Source: Blastocystis sp. Blastoise (Eukaryota > Protista > Bigyra: Opalinata). Taken from it: a DNA stretch of 64,000 nt. Position numbers and translations under genes: made by a program. This document shows positions 30,001 to 43,900 of the stretch, piece by piece. The notes under the pieces were generated by a model, which did no database searches, had not been told where the DNA came from, and saw only the letters and a program-made list of their open reading frames with translations. Location: contig JBBPEB010000007.1 in assembly GCA_039096225.1 (NCBI GenBank), forward strand, positions 372,001 through 436,000, in the 5' to 3' direction. Position 1 is the stretch's first letter. Each line of letters starts with the position of its first letter.

Positions 30001-32631
30001 GAATATATATACTGAATCTATACCTCAAAATCTTGTTTGTTCTAATGATATTAATTATAGTCCTATATATAAAAATATGTATAGTTATAAATTATGTGAT
30101 TCTTGTTATAATGGTTATAAATCACGTTATTGTAATTCTAATTTATTATTTGATAATGAAATATCATATTGTAAATTAAATTCACCATCTTATTTAGAAT
30201 ATCATCCATATAATGTTTCTATTGAAGCAGGAGAAACAGTTATAATGATACCTTATTATAAAGGTTGTTATAGTACATTTTCTATATCTCCTCCTCTTCC
30301 TTCTACATTTACTCTTAATACTACTACTGGTGTTATAAGTGGTTATGGAGATATAGATGTTTTTTCGGGTATATTTATTGTTACATTATCTAATAAAGCT
30401 GGTCATATTAATACTACTATATCTATTAGTAATATGAATACAAGATGTCCAAAAGAAGATATGTGGAATACAACTATATATACAACACAAGTTATAACTT
30501 GTCCTTCTGATTATACAGGTAGTATTTTTAGAGAATGTAAATATGATAAAGAAACAAAAACACCTTATTGGTCTGATATTTATTATGATTGTAAAGAAAA
30601 ACCTATTTATATATTCTATAATAGTTCATATTTTTATTATATAGATGATTATATACGTATAAAACCTAGTAGTATTACACCATTACCTATAAATATTACT
30701 ATAGAGCCACCTTTACCTAATGATTTATTTTTTAATATAAATGATTATTCTATTACTGGTATTATAACTTATATATATTTTAATATGTATATTATTACAA
30801 TTACAACATCAATACAAGTATATAAAACATTTTTTTCATTATCTGTAATAGATAATGATTTAAAATTTTGTTTTCCTTTTGATATGTATCCATTATCTCG
30901 TGTTCAATCTATTGTTTCTATTCCTTGTTTAGATATGAATGAATATACAGGTTATAGAACACGTAAATGTATATATAATAATAAAAATATACCTGAATGG
31001 ACAGAAGAAACAAATACATGTATTCCTTCTTTACCTTTTGTTATGTATCCAAAAGATATAATAGGATATACTAATCATTTATTACCTACTATACATCCTT
31101 ATATATATGGATTAAATATATTAAATGTAACATTAATAAATGCTCCTTTAGGTATATTAATGGAAGATAATGGTAGTATTATAGGTTTAGTACATGAACC
31201 TTTAGAAACACCTATTATTATTAAAATAATTAGTTTATATGGTTCTTCTGAATATACTATTATATTACATATATATAAAGATGAATGTCCTGAATATGAA
31301 GATTATCCTAAATCTCCTATACATAGTATAATATCAAATCCTTGTGAAGATTCATATTCTATAGGATATAGACAAAGAGAATGTATATATACAAATCATC
31401 CTTATTGGTCTAATGAAATAAATACATGTATTTTACCTTTACCAACATTATCTATTTCTAGTACTTATTATTCTGTATATGTATATCATACTATACCAAC
31501 AATACATATAACATTTAAAGCAGGATTAGATTATAATTTTACTATATCACCTTCATTACCAAATACATTAATATTTGATACTTTTACAGGTGATATTGAT
31601 GGTACTATTAATGAAGTTATGTATACACATTATTATATTACTTTATCTAATCATTCAGGTAATAAAACAATTGATTTTTATATATATGCAATTGTTTTAT
31701 TATGTAAAACAGATTCTATATGGACATCTACTAATGAAAATACTATTCGATATAATTTCTGTTCAGATAATAATTATAATGTTATGTATAGATTATGTGA
31801 ATCTTCAGGAATAGATACTGTTCGTTGGGGTATCTTATATGATGAAAATTGTCTAGATATTAATAATAGAAATATTTCTAGTAATTATACACCAATTATA
31901 TTAAATATTAATGTATGTAGATATGTTATTATTTTTTTATTATTATTTTATGTTATAATTATATTTATTATATTTATTATATTTATTATATTTATTATAA
32001 TTATTTTTATTATAATTATTTTTATTTTATTCATTATAATTATTTTTATTTTATGTTATAATTATATTAATTATATTTATTCTAATTATTTTCAATATAA
32101 TTAATATAAATTCTCTTTATATAGATATATGGATTAGATTCAACTTATTTTGCAAAAGCTTATAATATAGAATTAATTCGTTCACAATTAATATTTTTAC
32201 TTCATGATTTTAATGTCATATCATCATATATATATATTAATTCAATTTTTTCTTCATCTCAAACTAATACTAATGATTCTTCTTATATTATTTCTACTAC
32301 TATTTATTTTCCAAATATTTCTTTATCTATATGTAAATATTATTTATTAAATATATATAATATCTCTCAATATTTAACTATGTTTATTATTCATCATACA
32401 TCTATTAATTCTTCTTCTTCTATTTATGTTTCTATACAAGAACAAGATATTATTATTCCTAATTTAAATATATTCTCTTCTATTTATATATTTATTCTTC
32501 TTATTCTAATTATTCTTTTATTTAATATATTTCTATTTATTTATATATTTAAACGAACAAGAAAAACATTAATTCATAAAAGAAACTCTGTTCAATTAAA
32601 TTTAATTTCTAATTATAAAAAAAGTATTTAA
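24004..32631 (+). CDS. Large type I membrane/surface protein with beta-sandwich/discoidin-like, putative Ig (He_PIG-like) and Cys-rich repeats
   Basis: Signal peptide MRSVFALIGYLCLFFVA at 24004. Discoidin-like SLFDND..T..APTSWTIEG. Repeated ISPxLPxxLxFDxxTGxIxG. CxxxYxGxxxRxC Cys modules. C-terminal TM IFSSIYIFILLILIILLFNIFLFIYIF-KRTRK, with stop at 32631. Includes the 1802-aa ORF as a giant exon. Confidence 0.75.
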
Positions 32632-33675
32632 TAAAAAATTTGTTTATTTTTTTTATTATTACTTTCTCATTTTCTTTTTATTTTTTAATTTACTTTCTTC
32701 ATTATATATATATTTATATATAATTTTTATCTATTATTTATTTCTTTTTTCAAATATATATTTAATAATTTAATTACTGTTTTTTTTTTACAGTAATTCT
32801 TACATTTTTTTTATTTTAAACATACATTATTTATCTAAAAAGGTATTCTCTATATATATTTTCACTTTTCTATATATATTAATTATTTTTATATTTTATT
32901 CTTGTACATATTTCATATTTGAATATTTGATAATATTCAATTTATTTATATATTTATATATAATTTTTTTGGTATTTTCTTCATATAAAATTTCTGAAGA
33001 TTTCAAGCTTTTTCATTTTAAAAACCTATCTTTTTATTATTAACTAATAAATATGTATATTTACTTGTATTTTTTTTTTATATAATTTTTCTTTTCTTTT
33101 TCACATGTATTGTTAATCATAATAAAAATATATTTATATTATCCTTTCATTCGATTTCGATAATAAATATTACTTTATATATTATCATTTCTTATATGTT
33201 TTATTTTTTTAATTCTTTTTCTCTTTTTCTTTTTGTAACCTATTTTTGGATCAATCATTTTTATATGCGTTGTGAAACATATTTATTTAGTTTTGTTCTT
33301 ATAGTTATAGTCATAAATCTACATTTTTTTAGTGGCAAAATTCATAATGATATAAACAAACTTAAAATATGAATACGTTGAATAATCATAGGGAAAATAC
33401 TATTAAAAACGATCATACAAAAAAATATCATAGATGATGAGAAAATATGTACGTAGATAGTATTAAAAAATATATATATATATATAAAATATAAATAATT
33501 AGATATAAAAAAAAGAAAAATAGGGATTATATACGAATATAAAATGATAAAATATATATAAAAAAACGATGTTAAGAATATTGGAAAAAAAATTATTTTT
33601 TTATATATATTATTATTATTATCATTAATAACTAAACTATTTATTTATTATAAGTTTAGTATTGGTAATAGATAT

Positions 33676-33987
33676 TTAATGGAAAATAGTTGGAGGAATA
33701 GTATTATTATTAAGGGGAATAGAATTATTAGTATTATTGGTATTATTATTATTTGTAGTAGTAGTAGTAGGAGTAAAAGTAGTAGTAGGAGTAAAAGTAT
33801 TAGTAGTAGTAGAAGTAGCAGTAGGAGTATTAGTAGTATTAGTAGTAGTAGGAGGAGGAGGCATGGTAAAGGAATAGGAAACAGGAGGAGGAGTAATAGG
33901 AGCATAGAATGGATGAATATTTCTTTTATTATTATTATTATTATCTGAGATATTATTATTATTATCTAATATATTATTATTATTATA

Positions 33988-34067
<80 letters not shown>

Positions 34068-35379
34068 GACGACCAGAACGATGTATAAATCTTAATTTCT
34101 TTTGAGGACTTTTATTTATATTATTATTACTTTCCGATTCAACTTCTTTCTTTTTTTTAGATTCATTATATAAATTTGAATCTTCATATTTCTTTTCACT
34201 AGATATATTTATAGGTTCATAAGATAATTCTTTTTCACTCTTATTCTGAATACTTTTTATTTTATCTGAATCATTTTGAATAGACTATATATATATATAT
34301 TTATATATAAATTTTGAACATGTCATGAAAAATAGTGATAAACAATATATTATATATATTATATATACTATATATATATAATATATATATATACTTGTAT
34401 AGTTGCTAATAATGGATTGATTTCATTTTTCGTCATAGTTAATGTATTATTAGTAGCATCCAACATAGTGACGCATGCCTCGCCGATGGGTTTTGGTAAC
34501 GCATGCTAAAGAGATTATTATATAGATAGTAGAATATATAATTATAAATAAATCAATAATAAATAAAAATGAAATGAAAAATAATTATCATTAAAAATAA
34601 TAATATATAAAATAACAATATATAAAATAACAATATATATATATATATACAATAATTTGTCTTTGGTTTTGATATACTTGATAATGAAGAGTAGTATTAT
34701 GTATTTCTTCAACCATTAAAGAAATCATCTTCTCTATAGTATCCATCTTAGCCTTCATTCTATATATATATTTATTATATATATAATATATATTATATTA
34801 TTGTATATTACTTTTAATTATATATATATATATAAATATATATACCCATCAAAATATAAATCATAAGATCTTTTTTGTAATAATAAGAACTTCTATATAT
34901 ATATATATAAGTTTATATAATATAATTAATAAAATTAAAATAATTAATATATATACATCATGAATTCGATTTGCTCTTTCAAAAAGTTGTTTCTGTACTG
35001 TAATTAATTCATCAGCTTTCTTTTGTAAGATAACATTATATTTATGAGTTGATTGAATTAATATCCCTAATTGTATATTATTCTCTTCAAATAGCATAAC
35101 TTTATTATTTTCAATACTTTTAATTTTATTAATTTTTAATCTATATTCATCTATTTGTTTTACAATATATACCTATATATATATATTATTTAATAATAAA
35201 ATAGAATACTATATAATATATATACAATTTGTTGAATTTGTTTAAGAAAAGCTATTGTATATAATTGATATAATAATTCCTTTGGTTTATCTTTATTTAC
35301 AGAATAAATATCATTCGTAAACTCAATAAAACTCTCTTCAATACTTGGAATAATTAACTATATATATATATTAATAATT

Positions 35380-35411
<32 letters not shown>

Positions 35412-36656
35412 GGAAGAATATCCTCATTTTTTTCTATTTTCTTTAAAATTATATCTATATATATATATACATAATTATTATATAATATATATACTTTTCT
35501 TGACATCTTTAAATACTAAGTTTCCTGCAGTTTTAATTTCACGATTATTTGTTAAATATACTAAATTTGTGATTGATGAATATGTATAAAGTGTCTAAAT
35601 ATATAATTATTATAATAATAATAATAATAATAATAAATTTTAAATACATTAAATGAAATAGCATCATCATTAATAATATTGGGAATTTCTGTAATTAAAG
35701 GGGAATTCTTATTGATTTCCTTGAGAAATTGTGGTCCATCAATTGTATTATCCAAATATTTAGAAATAAATTGAATAATAGGTAATTCAATACATATACT
35801 ATATATATATAATATGATTAAATAAATAGTATATATAGAAATAAACAAATAAATAATATATATAGAAGAATATTCTATTAAATATATATATATACAGTGC
35901 TCTATTAACAATAGTATAGAATATTTGTTGATAAGGATTATATTGAAATTGAAACAAATTTGAATTTATATAATTAGATATATATGTATGACTAAGAGGT
36001 ATCAAGTGATCACACTATATATATATAATTTATATTAATATTAAATAATAATATATTTAATTATTAAAAAAATGAAATACTTTTAAAAGAAATATACATA
36101 TATTATTATTTAATAAATAAATAAATACATTATTTTGACTATTAACAGATTGTAATGATAATAAATATATATCTATATATTTATTATTGACAAAAGAAAT
36201 ACATAAAAATGATTCATCAGAAATTGTAGGAAGTCTATGAAAATGTATATATAAAATAGATTATATAATATAAATAATATAAATAACATATAAAAATAAA
36301 TATATATATATACATAAAGAATCCATTTTGAGTAATATTTTTACTAGAATCTTTTTCTTTTGTATTTAATTTATTTAATTTAATTAATGGCGGGAATGTT
36401 ACATTTTTATTTATAACATATATATCAGGACATGGTAATGAATATGAACTATATATATATAAAAGTAATAAGTATAAATACATATATAATAATTTTAAAT
36501 ACATATATTTATATTAAAAAAGAAAATATCATATATAAAAAACTATTAATAATCAATAAAAAAAATATATTTAAAGACAATATTCCTCATTATTTTAATA
36601 TATAAAAGAATTAAAATATATATATATATAATAGTATATATAAAAGAATTAAAATA

Positions 36657-36741
<85 letters not shown>

Positions 36742-37572
36742 ATAAAAATAAATATAAATATATACGTATCAAGAATAATATTTTCAGCATGATCCCATTT
36801 CTGTATACTAAAATGTTCAATAAGCCATTGATTTATAGAACTAAGAGTAGTATTACTATTAATATATGAATAATATATTTCTTGAAATTGTAGGAATGAA
36901 AAAGTCATATCTATTGGACATAAGAAAGATATATAATAAAATGTATTCACATCTGTAGAGAGAATCAATGAATAACGATATTTATGATTATTCTTAATAA
37001 ATGAGAAAGAAATGGGTTTTAAAGGTGATATTAATAAAGAATATTCATTAACAAAATTTATAGCAGTTTCTTCAATATGATAAATACATATAGTAGTATC
37101 TGTTAATACATATATATAATCATTATCATAAGGATAAAACTTAACATCAATAATTGTATTACGTAATAAAGAAACTTGAGAAAACCTAGTTAATTATAAA
37201 ATGTAATAAAATCAATATATAGAATAAAACTAGATCAACAACAACAAAAAAAGATAAAAAATAAGAACAGCAACAAAATAAAATTGAGTATAATAGAATT
37301 ATATACTGAATTACAGTATCCTTACGAATTCTTGGCGATCCATTTACTTGTAAGACACTCATGACATATACACATTCATTTCCCCACAAGAGAACTCTAG
37401 ATCCAGCATCATCAAACTCAATTTTATTCACCAAAGTCAACAACAGAGGCGAATGAATATCAAATGTTTCATCTTCTTTTGTTATATCATCAATTGAATA
37501 ATAACTTAGTGTATTCGAATCCTTTATAGCAATACAGTCACCAAATGAAGTCGTTGCTAATACATCAATCAT
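33676..37572 (-). CDS. Multi-exon protein, possibly Nup88/Nup82-like (beta-propeller plus coiled coil, Asn/Pro/Thr tail)
   Basis: ATG 37572 (MIDVLATT..). RVLLWGNECVYVM, IIDVKFYPYDNDYIYVLTDTTMCIYHI, PISFSF and YYISFLCP follow the Nup82/88 propeller pattern. A heptad-rich region lies near 34700-35250. The last exon ends ...PPTIFH-stop at 33676. Confidence 0.45.
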
Positions 37573-37928
37573 TCTCAAAACAAATTTTATTCTAATAAAT
37601 TCTAAAAAATAGTATCATCATCATTTCTATATAGTATTACATACAATTAAATACTTGGATATATGAAATAAACCAATGAAGAACTAATAAACTAAGTCAA
37701 ATCTTTATAAAAATTTTTAGAAAAAGCAAATAATCATGGTTTTGTTCCTTTTATAAATAAAAACTCCCAAAATAGTTTCTTTTCTTGTAAACGGTCTTAT
37801 TAGACTGTAATAACGCTTATTTAATATTTAATTTTATTTATTCTACATCTCTAAAGGTTTTATATATCTATAAAAACAATAGAATGAACAAAGGAAGAAT
37901 ATTAATAATTTTTTTTTTTATTTTAAAT

Positions 37929-37971
37929 AAAAAATGTAAAAAAGAAACGCCTGATAGGGGGATCGAACCCC
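37929..37971 (-). repeat. Target-site duplication, 3' copy (tRNA-Lys T-arm/acceptor 3' strand plus T-rich terminator)
   Basis: Minus strand GGGGTTCGATCCCCCTATCAGGCGTTTCTTTTTTACATTTTTT, identical to 55019-55061. Confidence 0.95.
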
Positions 37972-40900
37972 AAGTGTTAGCCAATTAAAGTAACCATTTG
38001 TACCAGAGAGAACGGTACACAAACAGAAAAAGAACATAAAAAAAAATTAAAATAAATTTAAAATATCATTTAATAACATTTGTTCATTTTGTTTTGTTTA
38101 AGTATGTTTTACCGCGGGGATATCACAACACATGTATTTCATATGCACCTTAAAATCACCAATAGGACTCTCTGAATGGGATTTGTGTACTGATACCAGA
38201 TCTAGTAACACAATTTTTACACCTCCCAAGCATTTCTGGGATATAGCTGATGTATAGGTACAATATACCTTTCATATCACGACTATATATATATAATTAA
38301 TATAATTTAATTAATTTAATTAATATAGAAGGTTAATAAGTAATAGAATAATTTTTTAAGTAATATTTTTAAGATAAGAGTTTAATAAACAGTAAGTAAG
38401 AGAAAAAGAGAAAATTCAATCTATAAATATATAGATATTCAAAGAAGAACTGATTATAAATAAAATCAGTATAAATAAGTTTTAATTAAATAAAATTAGA
38501 ATAAGATATAAAGAAAAGATTTCAATAAAAAGATATATATAAAAAGTAGTAAATTATAAAATCAAGTAAAAGTAATATATCCAATATAATATATAGAGGA
38601 TAGGGAGTAGATATGTATAGTAAGTATAATATAAAGTAGAATTATTAATATAATATCCATTGTAATATGTAGAGGATAAGTAGTAGATAAATTTCATCAA
38701 TATAGTATAAGTAGTAGTAGTATATCCAATATAGTATATGGAGGATAAGTAGTAGTTTTATAGAGGATAATTAGTAGTATATATTATTCCATATAGTAAT
38801 ATATATTACTCCATATTTCGTTGAGTTAATTCAATATGAGCAGCAGAAGAATGTAGTCTAGAAATATTTTTTGTAATTAGTCTAGAATCAGAAAGAGATA
38901 GTCTCCAATACTTATAGGCCCATTCTAAGACTATATCATTAATTTTTGATATTAAAAAGTATAAGTATCTTCCTTTGAGTTTTGAGACTTGAGATATATT
39001 ATGAATAGTAGATTCAGGAATTGTCCCAGAGGCACCAATGATAACAGTATAGTAAGAGATTTGTTTATTAGGGAAATCATGTTGTAATTTTTGTATAGCT
39101 TCATCATATGAATGATCTTTAGTATGTTTCATTTCTAAGAGAGTATCACGAGTTCCATCTACCTGTTCATAAGTAACACCAATTTCTACCATTCTTATTT
39201 CTTTCTCACTTGTAATTATAATATCTGGACGGCGATTAGCCCATTCTTCTTTATTCTTACCATCATATAGAATAGTATTCATTGATTTTTCTTGATTGAC
39301 TTTAAAAATAGTATAAGGAAGAGTTTTTGCCAAAGATCTAGTTAAACATTCTCGTATTTCATTATGTCTTTTGCTAATCAGATCGTGTCCATTTTCATTT
39401 CTAGAAATTCTAGCACAAGTAGTCATGATGTGGGTTTGACTATGTATTTTTGATTCATTTTTAGTTTTCAAACAATAAGGACATAAAGCGACAGTATCAT
39501 GTAGAGTAGGTTTTTTTCCTTTTGGATCTTGTCTTCTATAAGCCATTTCACCAGTATATAGGGTTCTCATTCGAAGATTCAATAAGGCACAGTATTTTGA
39601 AGGATTAATATGTTTTGTTTTGTATATCCATTTGTTACACGATATATTATTATTCAAGTATTTAGTATATTGTAAATAGGAGTATTCTTTCAGCATAGAA
39701 GCATGTCTTATTTTCAAAGATTCATTTAATAATTTACACATCTTACGTTTCACATCTTTCGCTTCTATAAATTTCGATATACTATTATCAGTACTTCTTA
39801 TTCTTATTCCAGCTCCATTTTTCGGATTATTTTCATAGTAACATATGTCCATGTTTAATGCAACTATAGCATCAATAGCTTTTCTTATATAAGGGAATGG
39901 ATGGTTCAGTGTAGTAAAGTCTATATCTAGAGGAATAACAGTATTATTTTCTTTCTTTGCTTTTAAGGGTTTGTTAATGTTGTTGATAGATAGATTAAAG
40001 AATACCAAATCTTTCTTTCTAGTTTCAGGGATTTCAGTAGGAATATGGCCTCTCATATAGTTTATTGGATCATTAATCACATATAGAGAATTTTGTAGAG
40101 TAGTATATCTAAGAGCATAATATAAAGTATTTCTAATATTTATATCATTTGAATTAGCTATTCTTACCAGTAGAGAAGCTTTACCAATATAATACCTATC
40201 TAACAACAAAGTAACACCAAGTCCACCATCTCGTATTGAAGTGCTATAAAAGTCTTTAGGCCAGACAGAAGAACATCCATTCCAATTCTTAACATTATTT
40301 CTTATTAGTACATCCAGTTCTTTTATTTTAAGTATATTAGTATCACCATTTCTAGCCAAGAATTCAATACAAGGAATAATATATTGACGAAGAGTTATTA
40401 ATTTTTGATGAGGACTAATAGGAATTGTGTTTAATGAATTTATTTTTTCTTTGATTTCATCTAAGGTATTCACCCAGAATTCTCTTCGTTTAGTAATGGA
40501 TTCACCCATAGGACATCCTAAATATCTTTGGATTTCAGTATCTTTAAGTAGAGTAATCACTTCATTATTATAAGTAGGAGGAGGAGGAGTATAAGTAAGT
40601 TTTCTATTTCCATCATTGGAATATTTCATCGCTAAACACTTACATTTATTAACCGATAGTTTCATATGATATATATTAAGTATTTCTTTTACCTTTCCTA
40701 AAAGAACTTCCGTATCTTCTTTATTGTTAGCTAGCAGGACGATATCATCTGCATAAGCATAAGCATTACTTTCTGATATAACAATAGGATTATTAGGAGT
40801 AGTGTTATCTTTAATATTCATCATCATTGCTTGATTATTGTTCAGGTAATTCAATAAAGGATTAAGTATAATATTGAATAGAAGAGGAGATAGTGGATCA

Positions 40901-43900
40901 CCTTGTCTTATTCCACGCTTTAAGTATATAGGATCTGTATATGAATTTTTGGTTAATCTTATGACAGTATTAGCAGAAGAGTATAAGGATAGAATAATAT
41001 TTCTGAAGTCTATAGGAAAGTTCATATATTGAAGAATTTGATGCATTAATCTTTGAGGTACCGTATCATAGGCCTTCTCCAAGTCAAGGAAAGTAAAATA
41101 GGCAGCAGTTTTAGCTCTTCTAGATAGTTTAAAGTTAGCTATGTAGTTTTGTAGTATGAAATTAAGTTCTTCACAACCAGGTATTCCAGATATAAATCCT
41201 TTTTGATATTTTGACATAAAGTTTTGTTTATTGTTTAGTTCATTCATGTAAGTAACCATTATAGAAGAAAGTATTTTTGATTCAGTATTTTGTAAAGCCA
41301 AAGGTCTCCAGTTTCCTAAGCTACTAGGATCCGATTTATTTTTGTCTAGTAGGCAAGTGATAGAGGAACTCCAAGATTTTAGAGTAATACCATTCGAACG
41401 ACATATTTCTAATATATAAGCCAATAGAGAACAAGCAGAAGAGGAGTATTTGTATACTTCATAAGGGAGACCATTAGGACCAGGAGTACTGTTATTTGGT
41501 AAAAATTTTAATGCATGTTTAATTCTTTCATAGGTTATCTTATTAAGGGCAGGAGGATTTAGTAATTGTTTAGTATTTGATTTTATAATATCTGGAAGTA
41601 ATATATTATCTGAAGTTTCTTGTGAGTCATATAGTTTCGTAAATTGTTCTTGTAAATCCTTAGAAGGTATTTCACAATATCTAGGAGTAGTTTTAGAGAA
41701 TACTTTACTTCTTAAGAAAGCTTTAGTATTCTTATCAAATTCAGATTGTATTTTCTTAGCATCATTAATAGAAGTAATTCTTATTTTAGCTTCTTTGAGT
41801 TGGTTAATATTCCATAAGCATGATTCTATCTCATTCATTATAAGATTTAATATCTCTTTCCATTGTTCTAGAGTAAGTAGAGGAGTATTATTATTTTCAT
41901 TATCTTTCTGTAAGATATTTAATATATTTATTTTTAATTCTTCATCTTCATCAAAGAGTGTAATAGATTGTAGTTTATTTTTCCAATTAAGGATAGACTC
42001 TGAAAGAGTAGAAGAGATAGTATAGGATTCAGTTTCAGGAATATTAGGTAATATAGTATGATTCAAATCGTATTTTAGAGTATCTAGATTACTTTTTAGA
42101 TTATTATAGTATTTCTTTAAAGCTTCAATTTCATTATCCGTAGATTTTCTGAAAGGATTATTATCAAAGAAATCATCATTCGTTTGTTTGAATTTATTAT
42201 TCATATGTATAGTGTTCGTATTATTAGAAGGAGTAGTAGTAGTAGGAGGAGGGGAAGTAGTAGAAGGAGTAGTAGTAGAAGTAGAGGGAGTAGTACTATT
42301 TATAGTAGTAGATCGATTAGTAGTAGTAGTATTATTAGTAGTAGTAGAAGGACTTAAATCCATATAGTTCTTATATTTATTATTCTTTTTATATTTATTT
42401 TTATTACTATAATTGTTTATAGGATGATTATAATTATTCTTTCTTCTATTATATCTATGTTGATTATAATCATGATTATTTCCAGGAATATTTTGAGTAT
42501 CATATCGATTTTGAGTATTCCCGTGATTATTTTGAGAAATATCATGCGTATCCATATCATCCATATTATTAGTAGTATTCTGAAGATTATTAGGAGTAGA
42601 ATCAATATGACTTCGATTTTGACCATAACCGCGATTATTTTGAGAAATATCATGAGTATTCATATACTTTTTTCTATATTGATTATTCTTTCTAGCATAT
42701 ATTTTCTTTGAGTTTCTATATTGGTTATTTGATCTATATGAATTGCCATTTCTATTCTTAATATTCTTTCCAGCATAAAAGTATTTATTTGAAGAATTCT
42801 TATCATTATAACTATTCTTTTGAGAAGGAGAATAACTATTATTCTTTCTGTATATAGTGTTGTATTTCTTAGTAGAACTATTGTTATTGAGATTATTATT
42901 ATGCCAAGATCTGTAAGTAGGAATAGAGTTATTATATATCCAGTTATAAAGTTCATTTTGAATATAATCACATATATTATTGAAGGAATTAATCATTTCG
43001 TTATTCATCTGTATAGTATTCGATTCATCAGAGGAGATAGGGAAAGGAGTAACAAGAGGTATGAGTTTATCTTCTATAAATTTGTTAAATCTAATGAAAC
43101 TTTTCCAATTTCCTAATTTATGTATAGCCATAGAAGAAAGTCGTCTTTTAGGAGTATTATCTACTTTGATAGTTTTTGAGAATTGTATAGTTTTCTGAAT
43201 ATTAATAGGAGAGTAAGTAGAAAGGAGATCTTCAGTATTAGGAATTCGAGGAGCCTTTATATAATCATCATATTTTGATTTATTCTTAGTATTCTTATTT
43301 TTATTTCCTTTTTGTGTAGAATTCTTTTTATTCTTTTGAGTTGAATTATTTGTAGAAGTATTTTCTTGAGTATTAGAAGATTCAATATCCATCATAGTAT
43401 CATTATTAGTATTCATAGTAGTAGAAGCTATTTCTTCTTGTATTTCCATAGTATTCATAGGAGTATTTGTTTCAGAATTACTCATGTTTTGATCTATATC
43501 TATATCAATATCTATAGTATTATTATTGTTTAAAATTTCATTCGTATTGATAGGAAAAGGAGTAGTAGTAGTTTCTATAGTAGTAGTAGTTTCTGTAGTA
43601 GTTTTCTTAGATTCATTTGTATCTTTATGAGTAGAAATAATAGGAGTAAAATTAAAATCTATATTAGAGAGACTTATATGATTTTCAAGAGGAATAGGAG
43701 AATCCATAGGAGAGGTAGCAGTTGAAGTGGATGTAGAAGAGATATTAATTATCGATTCATCAGAAGATATATCATAATATTCATTTTGATTCTGTATTGT
43801 AGTTGTATTATTCATTTGAGTATTAGTTTCATCAAGATTAATAGGATTTCTCTTATTTTGTATATTTTCTTCTTCATTAGCTATAGATGTAGTAATATCA

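Noticed and set aside
37948-37971. Additional tRNA genes at 37948-37971 and 46447-46470
   Set aside because: Only the 3' 24 nt of the tRNA are present, so these are target duplications.
38018-38025. TGTTTGTG as a polyadenylation signal for the element
   Set aside because: Imperfect match, overlaps a hairpin, and the inserted copies extend ~45 nt beyond it with no poly(A).
38245-38285. Hammerhead ribozyme (CTGATG followed by a stem) in the 3' UTR
   Set aside because: Lacks the CTGATGA..GAAA core and would lie on the antisense strand.
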